Of a stretch of 64,000 bases of DNA, positions 39,667 through 50,480 are shown in pieces. How positions within the stretch are numbered: position 1 is the stretch's first letter; every line of letters starts with the position of its first letter. The position numbers and the translations under genes are program-made. Under the pieces are notes generated by a model. It had not been told where the DNA came from. It searched no databases and was given only the letters and a program-made list of their open reading frames with translations. Source of the DNA: Narcine bancroftii. Its lineage: Eukaryota. The DNA lies in assembly GCF_036971445.1 (NCBI RefSeq), contig NC_091471.1:329282001-329346000 (forward strand), read 5' to 3'.

Positions 39667-40350
39667 CCCTGTCCCCGCCGCCCCCCTCCCTGTCCCCGCC
39701 GCCCCCCTCCCTGTCCCCGCCGCCCCCCTCCCCTGTCCCCGCCGCCCCCCTCCCCTGTCCCCGCCGCCCCCCTCCCCTGTCCCCGCCGCCCCCCTCCCCT
39801 GTCCCCGCCGCCCCCCTCCCCTGTCCCCGCCGCCCCCCTCCCCTGTCCCCGCCGCCCCCCTCCCCTGTCCCCGCCGCCCCCCTCCCCTGTCCCCGCCGCC
39901 CCCCTCCCCTGTCCCCGCCGCCCCCCTCCCCTGTCCCCGCCGCCCCCCTCCCCTGTCCCCGCCGCCCCCCTCCCCTGTCCCCGCCGCCCCCCTCCCCTGT
40001 CCCCGCCGCCCCCCTCCCCTGTCCCCGCCGCCCCCCTCCCCTGTCCCCGCCGCCCCCCTCCCCTGTCCCCGCCGCCCCCCTCCCCTGTCCCCGCCGCCCC
40101 CCTCCCCTGTCCCCGCCGCCCCCCTCCCCTGTCCCCGCCGCCCCCCTCCCCTGTCCCCGCCGCCCCCCTCCCCTGTCCCCGCCGCCCCCCTCCCCTGTCC
40201 CCGCCGCCCCCCTCCCCTGTCCCCGCCGCCCCCCTCCCCTGTCCCCGCCGCCCCCCTCCCCTGTCCCCGCCGCCCCCCTCCCCTGTCCCCGCCGCCCCCC
40301 TCCCCTGTCCCCGCCGCCCCCCTCCCCTGTCCCCGCCGCCCCCCTCCCCT
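39667..40350 (+). repeat. 22 bp minisatellite (CCCCTGTCCCCGCCGCCCCCCT)n, about 31 copies
   Basis: Near-perfect tandem copies visible directly; the first few units are 21 bp. Confidence 0.97.
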
Positions 40351-40411
40351 CTCTCTCCCCGCATGTCGTAGACTCTTGTGCTGCCCTGACCTGTGATTTC
40401 TCCACCCCCAG

Positions 40412-40573
40412 CACTGGAGCGGATGGTAGTGAGCTGGGTGAGTGACCGCGATGTGCCGTGCTGCCCGGACTGTGGCTCCCACTTCTCCCTCACCTTGCGA
40501 CGGCACCACTGCAGGCTCTGTGGGTCCATCATGTGTCGGCGCTGCAGCCAGTTCCTCACCGTTACATTTGCCC
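40412..40573 (+). CDS. RBSN: Rabenosyn-5-like coding exon 5 (FYVE N-terminal half)
   Basis: [45 protein letters not shown] has WxxD and RRHHCR motifs; phases 1/1. Confidence 0.96.
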
Positions 40574-40888
40574 GTGAGTCCGGGTGGGGGAGGGACTGAG
40601 GGGGCAGGAGGGAGGAGGACAGGAAGGGTGACATGAGGAGGAGGGAGATAGGAGGGATGACATGGGGAGGGGTAAAGGGGTGATGTGGGGGAGGGGGGAG
40701 AGAGGGGATGGGGAGAAAGGCCAGCTGATGAGCACGTTGGTCGGTGTCAGGGTGGTGGGAGGATGAGGGCTGGCGGGGGAGAAACGTGAGGGGAGGGTTG
40801 GGTGGGGGAGAGGGGAGAAGATGAGCAGCGGTGGGTTTGTACCAGACGCCAGCCACACAGCTGATGATATCTCTCTACCTCTGGACAG

Positions 40889-41133
40889 GCCAGCTGACGA
40901 GCGCAGTGAAGGCCTCAGTGTCGGCGAGCGGGAGTGGCTGGGCATCAGAGCGTCCAGTGGAAACAGTGGATGGCAGCCGCAGGGCCAGCGTATCCAGTGT
41001 GGGTTCCCTGCTGGAGGACAGCGGCGAGGACGACCGAATTCTGTCCTGCCAGCACTGCAAGGGGGTCCTGGAGCAGCAGGAGAGCAAGCTGGGGGAGAGG
41101 GGCAGCTCGCCCATCATCTGTCAGCTGTACCAG
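40889..41133 (+). CDS. RBSN: Rabenosyn-5-like coding exon 6 (FYVE insert and C-terminal half)
   Basis: QLTSAVK...GSRRASVSSVGSLLED..DDRILSCQHCK...PIICQLYQ; phases 1/0. Confidence 0.93.
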
Positions 41134-41259
41134 GTAGTGCCAGCCCTCCAAGCAAGCTGGGGGTGGCGGGGGGAGGGGGGAGAGAAAAGACAGGAAACCT
41201 GGAGGGGACGGCAGTGGGGGTGGGATCACAGACAGAGGATGGTGGGATGGGCCAGCTCC

Positions 41260-41680
41260 CTCCACACTGTCCCATCTCAAACTCCCGGGGTTGAACACAG
41301 AGCAAAGCTCTCCACCCCATCCCGTCACACACTTTTGGGGTCAGGCAAAGTGAAGCACTCTTTGCACCGTCCCATCACACACTCCTGGGGTCAGAAACTG
41401 AGTGAATCTCCCTCCACACCATTCCATCACACACTCCCAGGGTCGGGAGTGAAGATCCCTCTGCACCGTCCAATCACACACTTCCAGGGACAGACACAGA
41501 GCAAAGCTCTCTTCACCCCATCCAGTCACACACTCCTAAGGTCAGACACAGAGTGAAGCTCCTTCTACAGTGTCCCATCACTCACTCCCAGGGTCAGACA
41601 TGGAGTGAAGCTCCCTCCACACCATCCCATCGTGCACTACTGGGTTCGGACATAGAAGGAAGCTCCCTCAGTCCCTTCCC
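41260..41680 (+). repeat. Degenerate ~45-50 bp tandem repeat
   Basis: Units such as CACAGAGTGAAGCTCCCTCCACACCATCCCATCACACACTCCCAGGGTCAGA. Confidence 0.8.
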
Positions 41681-41821
41681 AGAGTGTAAACCGTGATCAG
41701 TTGGAGATGTTAGGGGTCAGAGCAGAGGCCATGTTGTATCATGGAGTAAGGGAAGTGTTGGTAGTGGGGGTGAGGAGGTTTCGGACTCTGATCATGCCCA
41801 TCTGGTTCTCTTCACCCACAG

Positions 41822-41892
41822 AAGCTGCGATCCTGCATCGCCAGGGTTGAGGAACTGGCCCCAGAGTACGGGAAGATGGCTGACTCCCTGAA
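41822..41892 (+). CDS. RBSN: Rabenosyn-5-like coding exon 7
   Basis: KLRSCIARVEELAPEYGKMADSL versus human KLRLCMEKVDQKAPEYIRMAASL; donor GTAAGT; phases 0/2. Confidence 0.93.
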
Positions 41893-42224
41893 GTAAGTGT
41901 GGGGAAGGGGCAGAGATTGATGCCTGCTCGTGCTGGTCTCTCAGCGGCCACGACCATCCCTCACCCACCCCAGGCAGGATCTGATGTTCTGCCCCACCGC
42001 CAGCCCCCAATACAGCAGGTCAAACCAGAGGGGACATTTCCTTGAAGCTGGTGCAGTGAGTACATAGGTATCAGTGACAAGAGCAGCATTTACTGCCCTT
42101 CCCTGCACCCCCTTGGTGCTCTGAGGAAGGGGGTTCCAGTATTTGGACGATAAGGGAATGAATGGGGCTTCAATCGAGTGGCTGCTGATGTTCTCTTCTG
42201 CAGAAGAGCTGGGTCTTTAGACCC

Positions 42225-42810
42225 CAAGACATAGGAGCAGAAATAGGATGTTCAGTCCATCGAATCTGCCCTGCAATTCAGTCGTGAGCTGATTCATTCT
42301 CCCACTCCGCCTCACTGCCTGGCCTTCTCCCCATAACCTTTGAAGGCCAGGCTAAACAAGAACCTCTGCTTTAAATACACCCAATGACCCAGCCTCCATG
42401 ACCGCTCATGGCAACCAATTCCACAGATTCACCACCCTTGGCTGAAGAAATTACTCCGCATCTCCATTGAACAGGTTAGGACTTTATTCCTTGGAGCATA
42501 AAAGAATGATGGGAGATTTGATCGAGGTTTTTAAAATTATGAGGGGGATAGACAGAGTAAATGGAGGTCAGCTTTTTCCACTGAGGGGCGGTGAAATACA
42601 AACCAGAGCACATGGGTTAAGGGTGAAAGGGGAAAGGTTTAGGGGGAACGTCTTCACACAGAATGGTGGGAGTGTGGAACGAGCTGAGATGGTGAATGCG
42701 GGCTCAATTTTAACATTTAAGAAGAATTTGGTCAAGCACGTGGATGGGAGAGGTATAGAGGGATGGGGACTAGGTGCAGGTCAGTGAGACTGGGCAGAAT
42801 AATAGTACGG
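42225..42810. mobile_element. Two CR1 3' ends back to back (minus 42225-42465, plus 42466-42810)
   Basis: The plus part encodes NRLGLYSLEHKRMMGDLIEVFKIMRGIDRV, a CR1 ORF2 C-terminus. Confidence 0.8.
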
Positions 42811-43251
42811 TAGAAACCAGAAGGTTTTAGGAACAGTGCAGACTGCATACACCTGCAGCAGGGAGGGGGGAGTGTTTGGTGGTGATGTGAGGAACAGAGC
42901 GAGCTTACCAGCCAAGTGGTGTGGGGTGGGTTCCCTTGCTTCTGTCTCTTGGCACATGGGAGTGTTGATCACCCTGGGACTCCCCTCTCTGGGGATGAGA
43001 GGGCCGCCCTCTGGGGGTGGGGGGGGGGGGGGCGGGGATGAGGTTTGATTCTTGGCCGGGAATGAGGACCCCAACTACAGGAAGCCAGCTGGGGTTTTCA
43101 AACCATCCCCCCACCCCCCACCCCGACCCCTGGACATCTCTTCCTCTAATTCACCAAAGAGCAGGATCTTGCTGGGTAAAGGATGGGGGTGTCTGGGTGA
43201 CCCGGAGGAAAGCTAGGCTTATGGATGAAGCAGTGTGTTCCCTCTTGGCAG

Positions 43252-43338
43252 TGCCGGGGAGAGCACCTTCAGACTGGAGCAGGCCGTCCAACTCCGCATA
43301 GAGCTGATGAAAATGTCTGAGCGGATCGACCTTCTCAG
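43252..43338 (+). CDS. RBSN: Rabenosyn-5-like coding exon 8
   Basis: AGESTFRLEQAVQLRIELMKMSERIDLL versus human AGETTYSLEHASDLRVEVQKVYELIDAL; phases 2/2. Confidence 0.9.
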
Positions 43339-44117
43339 GTAGGCTCCCCTTTTTCTCTCCTCCCCCCCCCCCCCACCTCCCCCTCTACGCCCCTCCATCC
43401 TGCCGTCCACCTGCGCCCCCGCTCTGCGCTGACCTTAATGCTAGCTCCCGCTGTCTTCTGAACAGGTTCAAAGAGAATCCAGGTTTCTCCCGGCCTGGGT
43501 GGTACTTGGGCGGCACGGGCTCGTGGGCTGGAAGGGCCTGTAACCATGCTGTATGTCTTAATTTTAAAAATTTAATTATTTGTGATGTTATTCTTTGTCT
43601 TTCGGGCGGCTCCGCAGAAGGGGAGGAACCTGCAGATGCAGCAACGGTTAAATGTTGACACAGATGGTGACTGAAAATAAAGTAAAATGCTTTAAGGTTT
43701 ATATATTCATGTAGGTGAAGTTTGTTCAGGGTAAGGACAGTGGAGTATTTTTGTTTTTTAAACTGTTTAAGCAGGTGTATTAGTAAGTTTCAAGCAACCA
43801 GAAAATACCCTTATCTTGTATCTACCAATCCCCATAGCTGCCGGATACCAGGGGTTTTACCGTTTAAGACATTTTTATATACTATTGTGTGGGGGGGAAA
43901 AAAAGGAACCTCGGAGGGGAGAGGATTCCCAAGGCTCTCTGGCATCTGGATGAAGGAGTTCCTCCCCCTCTCGATGCTGACCCCTCTCCCTCGCTCGTGC
44001 ACCTCCTGCTGCCCAGACACCCTCTGAGGCTTTTCCTTTCCATTTCCCCTCCGGAACAAGTCCACCCGGGTGTCTCTTCTCCCCTCACTCTTCTCTCTCT
44101 GCCCCCACCTGCCGCAG

Positions 44118-44220
44118 CAAGAAGATCGCCTCACTGGGCATGAGCGATGAGTCTCCCCCTCACCCCAAATCTCTACAGCTGCAGAGGATGATCCGCCTGT
44201 CGGCCACACACTTCCTTCAG
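44118..44220 (+). CDS. RBSN: Rabenosyn-5-like coding exon 9
   Basis: KKIASLGMSDESPPHPKSLQLQRMIRLSATHFLQ versus human KKILTLGLNQDPPPHPSNLRLQRMIRYSATLFVQ; phases 2/0. Confidence 0.94.
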
Positions 44221-44739
44221 GTAAGGGCAGCGCAGTTCCAGCCCAATCGCAGCAACCCAAGTTCAAATCTGCCATGTCTGTGAGGAGAGGGCACGTTTTC
44301 CTGCATGGGGTTCCTCCAGGTGCACCCTCCAGAAACAGGTTTGCAGGTTAAATTGAATGAAACGCAGAAGTCCGCAGGACACTGTGATTGTGAAAACGCA
44401 CAATAAATGCTGGAGGCAGAGTTGGCATCAGAAGAGATCTAATCGGGGCATTAGGGTAACTACTGGGGGTGGGCACATCCTCGATAACTCACCCAGGTGG
44501 ATTGGGGAGGGGAAGTGCCGTACCTGCCATGGATTACCTCCTTGGCCCCTGCTCAGTCGCTCTTCCCCCTCCCTCCGGCATGGATTCGAAACTACGTGAT
44601 TCATTTTGGTGACACCCCCCCTGATGGCGTCAACCACTGTGGTCCGCAACCCCCCCCCTTCCCCAGTGACACTAGTGCTGCAGGTGGGTGGGGGGGCACA
44701 ATGACCTATTTGGGGGAGGCATGATGCTGAGCATGGTTG

Positions 44740-45070
44740 GAGGAACTATGGGTCCAAATCCACACATCCCTCAAGGTCACTGTGCAGGTTGATAGGATAA
44801 TTAAGAAGGCCTATGGGATGCGGGGCTTCATTAGTCGGGGGATTGAGTTCAGGAGCCGAGAGGATTGTGTTCAGTTCTGGTCACCTCATTTCAGGAAAGA
44901 TGTGGAAGCTGTGGAGAGGGGGCAGAAGAGATTGACCAGGATGTTGCCTGCATTGGGAAATAAGTTTATGGGGCAAGGTGAGCAGAGCTGGGACATTTTT
45001 CTTTGGAGTGTAGAAGGATGAGAGGAGACTTGATAGAGGTTGACAAGATTCTGAGAGGCATCGAGAGGGT
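44740..45070 (+). mobile_element. CR1 LINE ORF2 fragment
   Basis: IHTSLKVTVQVDRIIKKAYG...CVQFWSPHFRKDVEAVERGQKRLTRMLP. Confidence 0.85.
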
Positions 45071-45520
45071 GAAACACAAAAGTCTGCAGGCACTGTGATT
45101 GAAGAAAAGTGCAGTAAATTCTGGAGGAACTCGGCTGGTCTCACAGCGTCCACTGGAGGCTCAACTGGTCTCACAGTGTCCACAGTGAATTCTGGAGGAA
45201 CTCAGCTGGTCTCACAGCATCCACTGGATGCTCAGCTGGTCTCACAGCGTCTACAGTGAATTCTGGAGGAACTCAGCTGGTCTCACAGCATCCACTGGAG
45301 GCTCAGCTGGCCTCACAGTGTCCACAGTGAATTCTGGAGGAACTCAGCTGGTCTCACAGCGTCCACTGGATGCTCAGCTGGTCTCACAGCGTCCACTGGA
45401 TGCTCAGCTGGTCTCACAGCGTCCACAGTGAATTCTGGAGGAACTCAGCTGGTCTCACAGCATCCACTGGATGTAAAGGTGTATCACTGACATTTCAGGC
45501 CTGAGCCCTTCTTCAAGATA
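45071..45520 (-). repeat. Penelope-like terminal sequence with internal tandem amplification
   Basis: About 10 copies of CTCAGCTGGTCTCACAGCRTCCAC alternating with AGTGAATTCTGGAGGAA or TGGATG linkers, framed by the same motifs as 37225-37345. Confidence 0.7.
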
Positions 45521-45575
45521 GGGTGTGGGAGGCTGTGACCAAGTAAAGTCCCCTGTCTCTCCCCTCTGCCCTCAG

Positions 45576-45677
45576 GAGAAGCTGCTGGGTCTGACTGCCC
45601 TCCCGAGCCTGGAGAAGCTGCAAGAGCTGAGGGAGAGCCGGCGGCAGAGAGATGCTGACATTGCTGTCTCAGGACAG
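45576..45677 (+). CDS. RBSN: Rabenosyn-5-like coding exon 10
   Basis: EKLLGLTALPSLEKLQELRESRRQRDADIAVSGQ versus human EKLLGLMSLPTKEQFEELK; phases 0/0. Confidence 0.9.
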
Positions 45678-45856
45678 GTAAGGCTTTTTGGTGGGGGGGG
45701 AGTGGAATTCCCTGGAGGGAGACTGGCAACATTGGACGGGGTCCTCAGGGGGACGGTGTGGTGCATGAGTTAAGGGTGGGGTGGTGAAGTGAGCCCCTCT
45801 CATAAATTATCTCCCCTCTTCTGACAGCCTTCCCTGATTGTATTCCTTCTCGCTGC

Positions 45857-46800
45857 CTTGGCCTTCATAAATCCAAGCGTTGATACCAGGAGTTGGGATG
45901 TTATGGTAAAGTTGTACAAATCATTGGTGAGGCCAAATTGGGAGAATTGTGTGCAGTTTTGGTACCGAACTACGGGAAAGATATCAGTAGAAAGAGGGCA
46001 GAGAAGATTTACTAGGATGTTTCCTGGACTTCAGGAACTGATTCAAAGGGAAAGGTTAAACAGGTTCAGACTTTATTCCCTTGAGTGTAGAAGAATGAGG
46101 GGAGATTTGATCAAGCCATTTAAAATTATGAAGGAGATCATATCTCTCCATCCATCACAATCTCTGACCCTCTGAATTGGAATTGTTACCTCTTCTTCTT
46201 TGAGCGAAGACCAACGTCGATGATTATACAAGGGAAAAACTACTGAAGGGATTCCTCGTTGCTGTCTTCAGTTGCAGTGTCCACACTGGATGGGTAATCC
46301 TGGCCACTGATCTGCAGATTCACCTGCCAGCTTTTTCGGTTTGGCAACCATCAATTCCAATTTGTAGAATCTGCTTGTAAAAACCATCTGCAATCCACGG
46401 CTTCAAGTGATCCTGATTGGGAGGCTAAACACTTTACCCAAGGAGAGCCTTACACCTTCTTTGCCTGAGCACCAACACTGACATGACAGAGTAAATGTAG
46501 GTCAACTTTTTCTACTGAGGGTCAGTGAGATACAAACCAGAGGACATGGGTTAAGGGTGAAAGGGGAAAAGTTTAGGGGGAACATGAGGGGGAACTTCAT
46601 CACACAGTGGGAGTGTGGAACGAGCTGATGTGGTAAATGTGGGCTCAATTTTAATATTTAATAAGTGTTTGGACTGGTACATGGATGAGAGGGGTATGGA
46701 GGAGTATGGACTGAGTGCAGGTTAGTGTGACAAGGCAGAAAAATGGTTTGGCACCAACTAGAAGGGCCTGATTCTGTGCTGTAATGTTCCATGGTTCTGT
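45857..46800 (+). mobile_element. CR1 LINE 3' part split by an unrelated ~350 bp insert (~46140-46486)
   Basis: LYKSLVRPNWENCVQFW...LNRFRLYSLECRRMRGDLI; resumes at GACAGAGTAAATGTAGG and ends in TAATGTTCCATGGTTCT. Confidence 0.8.
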
Positions 46801-46840
46801 GACCTACTTGTCTCGGTAATGCTGAGCTCCTCGTTTGCAG

Positions 46841-47569
46841 GGGCTTGTCAACACGGAGACCGGCTGGCTAGCTTCCCCCTCCCTGCCCGCGGGGTCCCAC
46901 CAGGCCGACCCTCTGCTGGAGCAGATTGCCAACATCGAGAGCTACCTGGCGCAGGCCCAGGCTGCGGGCAGGCGGGACGAAGCCCACACCCTGCAGGAGA
47001 ACCTGGGCCAGCTGCATGCTGAGCTGGAGGGCCGCCGGCGTGGAGAGGGAGACCCCCAGCCTGCCCGTGGTCCCCACACCGCTGGCTCCATCTGGGTGCA
47101 GGTCAGTGACAACGGCACCCACTACTCCCAGCGAGGCAAGCCCTCCGTGGAGGGTTCTCGCAACCTTGAGAATCCTGGCAACCCATTTGAGAAATATCTC
47201 GGTCACGGCAACCCCTTCGAAGAGGGTCCCGATCATGACAACTCCTTCAAGGATGGTCCTAGCAATCCCAAAGAGGGTCCCAGTCATGGCAACCCCTTCA
47301 AGAATGGTCCCGACGACCCCAAAGAAGGTCCCAGTCCTGGCAACCCCTTCGAAGAGGGTCCCAGACTTGGCAACCCCTTCGAGGAGGAGGAAGAGGAGGA
47401 GGGAGAGATCGAGGAGGAGCTCCTGCAGCAGCAGATTGACAACATTAAGGCCTACATCTTTGATGCTAAGCAGGCCAGTCGTCTAGACGAGGCAGCCAGC
47501 CTGATGGACCACCTCGGCGAGCTGCGCCGGGCTTTGGAACTCCAGAGGAGCAGGCGGAGGCCTCTCTAG
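46841..47569 (+). CDS. RBSN: Rabenosyn-5-like last coding exon (Rab4-binding helical hairpin, NPF repeats, Rab5-binding domain)
   Basis: DPLLEQIANIESYLAQAQAAGRRDEAHTLQENLGQL, five NPF motifs, IEEELLQQQIDNIKAYIFDAKQ, stop TAG at 47567-47569. The 11 exons sum to 1950 nt, i.e. 649 aa plus stop. Confidence 0.96.
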   Translation, partial: GLVNTETGWLASPSLPAGSHQADPLLEQIANIESYLAQAQAAGRRDEAHTLQENLGQLHAELEGRRRGEGDPQPARGPHTAGSIWVQVSDNGTHYSQRGKPSVEGSRNLENPGNPFEKYLGHGNPFEEGPDHDNSFKDGPSNPKEGPSHGNPFKNGPDDPKEGPSPGNPFEEGPRLGNPFEEEEEEEGEIEEELLQQQIDNIKAYIFDAKQASRLDEAASLMDHLGELRRALELQRSRRRPL

Positions 47570-47966
47570 GGGACACTGTCCATCCCTCTACCCCAAGGCT
47601 CCCCCTGCCCCCCTCCATCTGACAACCAGCTTGCAATGATGCCCTTGACCTGGTTTCTCCCATCCTCCACAGGGTGGCCGGCAGCTGGAAGATGGCAAGG
47701 AGGGGAAGGAGGGTGTCTGAGGCCGACTGTCAGGGGTCTGAGGCCGACTGTCAGGTGGTCTCCAGGAGACACCGCCTTCCACCACCCATGGTGCCCCGGG
47801 ATCCTGCTGTCCCCTCCGGCAGGAGGGGAATAAGAAGGACCTTTAGCTACGACACTACAGTCTGTATTCTCTATCATATTGCATGGACCCCCACCACACA
47901 TGCTGACCCCTCAGTGGAATAACGTGCAATCTTCCCCTCTAGTGTGGTTTTCAACAGAAGATGATT

Positions 47967-49040
47967 CTCTCCCCCCCGTCTGTTCCTCTCTCCCCCGTCT
48001 GTTCCTCTCTCCCCCGTCTGTTCCTCTCTCCCCCGTCTGTTCCTCTCTCCCCCGTCTGTTCCTCTCTCCCCCGTCTGTTCCTCTCTCCCCCGTCTGTTCC
48101 TCTCTCCCCCGTCTGTTCCTCTCTCCCCCGTCTGTTCCTCTCTCCCCCGTCTGTTCCTCTCTCCCCCGTCTGTTCCTCTCTCCCCCGTCTGTTCCTCTCT
48201 CCCCCGTCTGTTCCTCTCTCCCCCGTCTGTTCCTCTCTCCCCCGTCTGTTCCTCTCTCCCCCGTCTGTTCCTCTCTCCCCCGTCTGTTCCTCTCTCCCCC
48301 GTCTGTTCCTCTCTCCCCCGTCTGTTCCTCTCTCCCCCGTCTGTTCCTCTCTCCCCCGTCTGTTCCTCTCTCCCCCGTCTGTTCCTCTCTCCCCCGTCTG
48401 TTCCTCTCTCCCCCGTCTGTTCCTCTCTCCCCCGTCTGTTCCTCTCTCCCCCGTCTGTTCCTCTCTCCCCCGTCTGTTCCTCTCTCCCCCGTCTGTTCCT
48501 CTCTCCCCCGACTGTTCCTCTCTCCCCCGTCTGTTCCTCTCTCCCCCGTCTGTTCCTCTCTCCCCCGTCTGTTCCTCTCTCCCCCGTCTGTTCCTCTCTC
48601 CCCCGTCTGTTCCTCTCTCCCCCGTCTGTTCCTCTCTCCCCCGTCTGTTCCTCTCTCCCCCGTCTGTTCCTCTCTCCCCCGTCTGTTCCTCCCTCCCCCG
48701 TCTGTTCCTCCCTCCCCCGTCTGTTCCTCCCTCCCCCGTCTGTTCCTCCCTCCCCCGTCTGTTCCTCCCTCCCCCGTCTGTTCCTCCCTCCCCCGTCTGT
48801 TCCTCCCTCCCCCGTCTGTTCCTCCCTCCCCCGTCTGTTCCTCCCTCCCCCGTCTGTTCCTCCCTCCCCCGTCTGTTCCTCCCTCCCCCGTCTGTTCCTC
48901 CCTCCCCCGTCTGTTCCTCCCTCCCCCGTCTGTTCCTCCCTCCCCCGTCTGTTCCTCCCTCCCCCGTCTGTTCCTCCCTCCCCCGTCTGTTCCTCCCTCC
49001 CCCGTCTGTTCCTCCCTCCCCCGTCTGTTCCTCCCTCCCC
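47967..49040 (+). repeat. 20 bp minisatellite (CCCCCGTCTGTTCCTCYCTC)n, about 53 copies
   Basis: Perfect tandem array; the unit switches from TCTCTC to TCCCTC at ~48690. Confidence 0.97.
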
Positions 49041-49273
49041 CCTCCCCGCCCCTCCCTCCCCCCTCCCCGCCCCTCCCTCCCCCCTCCCCGCCCCTCCCTC
49101 CCCCCCTCCCCGCCCCTCCCTTCCCATCTCTTTCATCTTTCTGTACCTCTCTCTCCCATCTCCCTGTCTCTGGAATTCCCCTCCATATAGGAGGGTTGAG
49201 TGGTTACTGAGGTCAGCGCCTTGCGTTCTGGTATTTGTGTATAACTCCGTATCCATTAATGATTAATGTCACA

Positions 49274-49279
49274 ATTAAA
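49274..49279 (+). terminator. Candidate polyadenylation signal (ATTAAA) for the RBSN-like transcript
   Basis: First canonical-type hexamer I found after the stop codon, in an AT-rich patch followed by a GT-rich tract. Confidence 0.35.
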
Positions 49280-49694
49280 TCTTTGCAAGTAAAAATTGAA
49301 ACCCCGGTGATGTGCTATGGGTTGTTTATTTCCATCCCCCCCCACTCCGCGTGTCCCTGTTCATCTGGCGGTTTGCTGCATGATATGCCATCAGGATTAA
49401 CACCTCCTGCTCTTCCGCTCAGGGTGAGGCCACCGTCTGGAGTATCCTGCCTACCGGGAACCCTTGTTGCTTCTTCAGAGGGGGGTGGGGTTGCAGTGCA
49501 GGAGGGCCATCCTCTCGTCTTGCGCCTCTCTCTTGTGGTCTCTTGTTGCGCGAGGAAGTATGCAAGGTGACTGGCCTTTCCTCGCATGGTCCAGCAGGAG
49601 GAATGTTCCGGACTCTCAGTGGGTCAATGGCCAGAGAAGAGAAGGTTCACATCGAGGGCCATGCACCTGGCTCAATCATCCTGTCTCACTGGAA

Positions 49695-50480
49695 TAATTC
49701 TGGGAATTAAAGGGTTATCATACGAGGAGCGTTTAATCACTCTTGGCATGTACTCATTGGAATTTAGGAAAATGGTGGGGGGCCGCGTTCTCATTGAAAC
49801 ATTTTAAAAGACATGGACAGAGTAGATGTGGAAATGGTGTGAGAGTCTGGGACAACTTCAGGATTGAAGGGCGACTGCATAGAACAGAGATATGGAGGAA
49901 TTTCTTCAGCTGGTGGGTTGAGAATCTGGAATTTCGAGATTTGATTTACTGTCACGTAATAAAGACAATGCAATGTTACATGGAATTTGCTTTTGTCTGC
50001 CATAGGTGGACGGATTCGCAATGGGCAGAAATTGTCTAAATCACCTCTTACTGTCGGAGAAAGAGAAGCAAAAGAGTATTCCCCCCACCCCCAGAGTCGC
50101 CGAGTGTCCGTGGAGTCTGGTCCAAATCGTTGGTGGCCTGATCTCCAGATCTGAACCTCCGACATGATCGGGAAGCTCTTCAGCACCCTCGACTCCCTCT
50201 CACGTCCCAATTCTAATACCTGGTACCCCCTTCAGCCCCTCAATCGCAGTCGCTCGCAGGCCGGGTGGGTTCCTCACCTCAAGTCACCAACAGACGCCTG
50301 TGTGCGCCTAAGCCGCAGAGCCCCAGAATTAGTTGTGGAGACCGGGTCATTGGGTGTGTTTAAGGCAGAAGTCCTTAATTAGCCAGGGTTATGGGGAGAA
50401 AGGCTGGGGCATTGGGGCCATGGTAGAACAGATTGGCTCATGATGAAATGGTGGGGCAGATTCGATGCGCTGAATGGCCA
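49695..50480 (+). mobile_element. Fragmented CR1 3' end with intervening sequence
   Basis: GIKGLSYEERLITLGMYSLEFRKM at ~49700-49775; tail GTTGTGGAGACCGGGTCATTGGGTG...TGAATGGCC at 50330-50480. Confidence 0.7.

Noticed and set aside
45071-45480. Repeat-spacer-like pattern suggestive of a CRISPR array
   Set aside because: Linkers are themselves repeated rather than unique spacers, the context is a eukaryotic intron, and there are no cas genes.
39220-49256. Long Gly/Pro-rich ORFs over the 22 bp and 20 bp arrays
   Set aside because: Unit lengths are not multiples of three and the peptides cycle through all frames; non-coding minisatellites.
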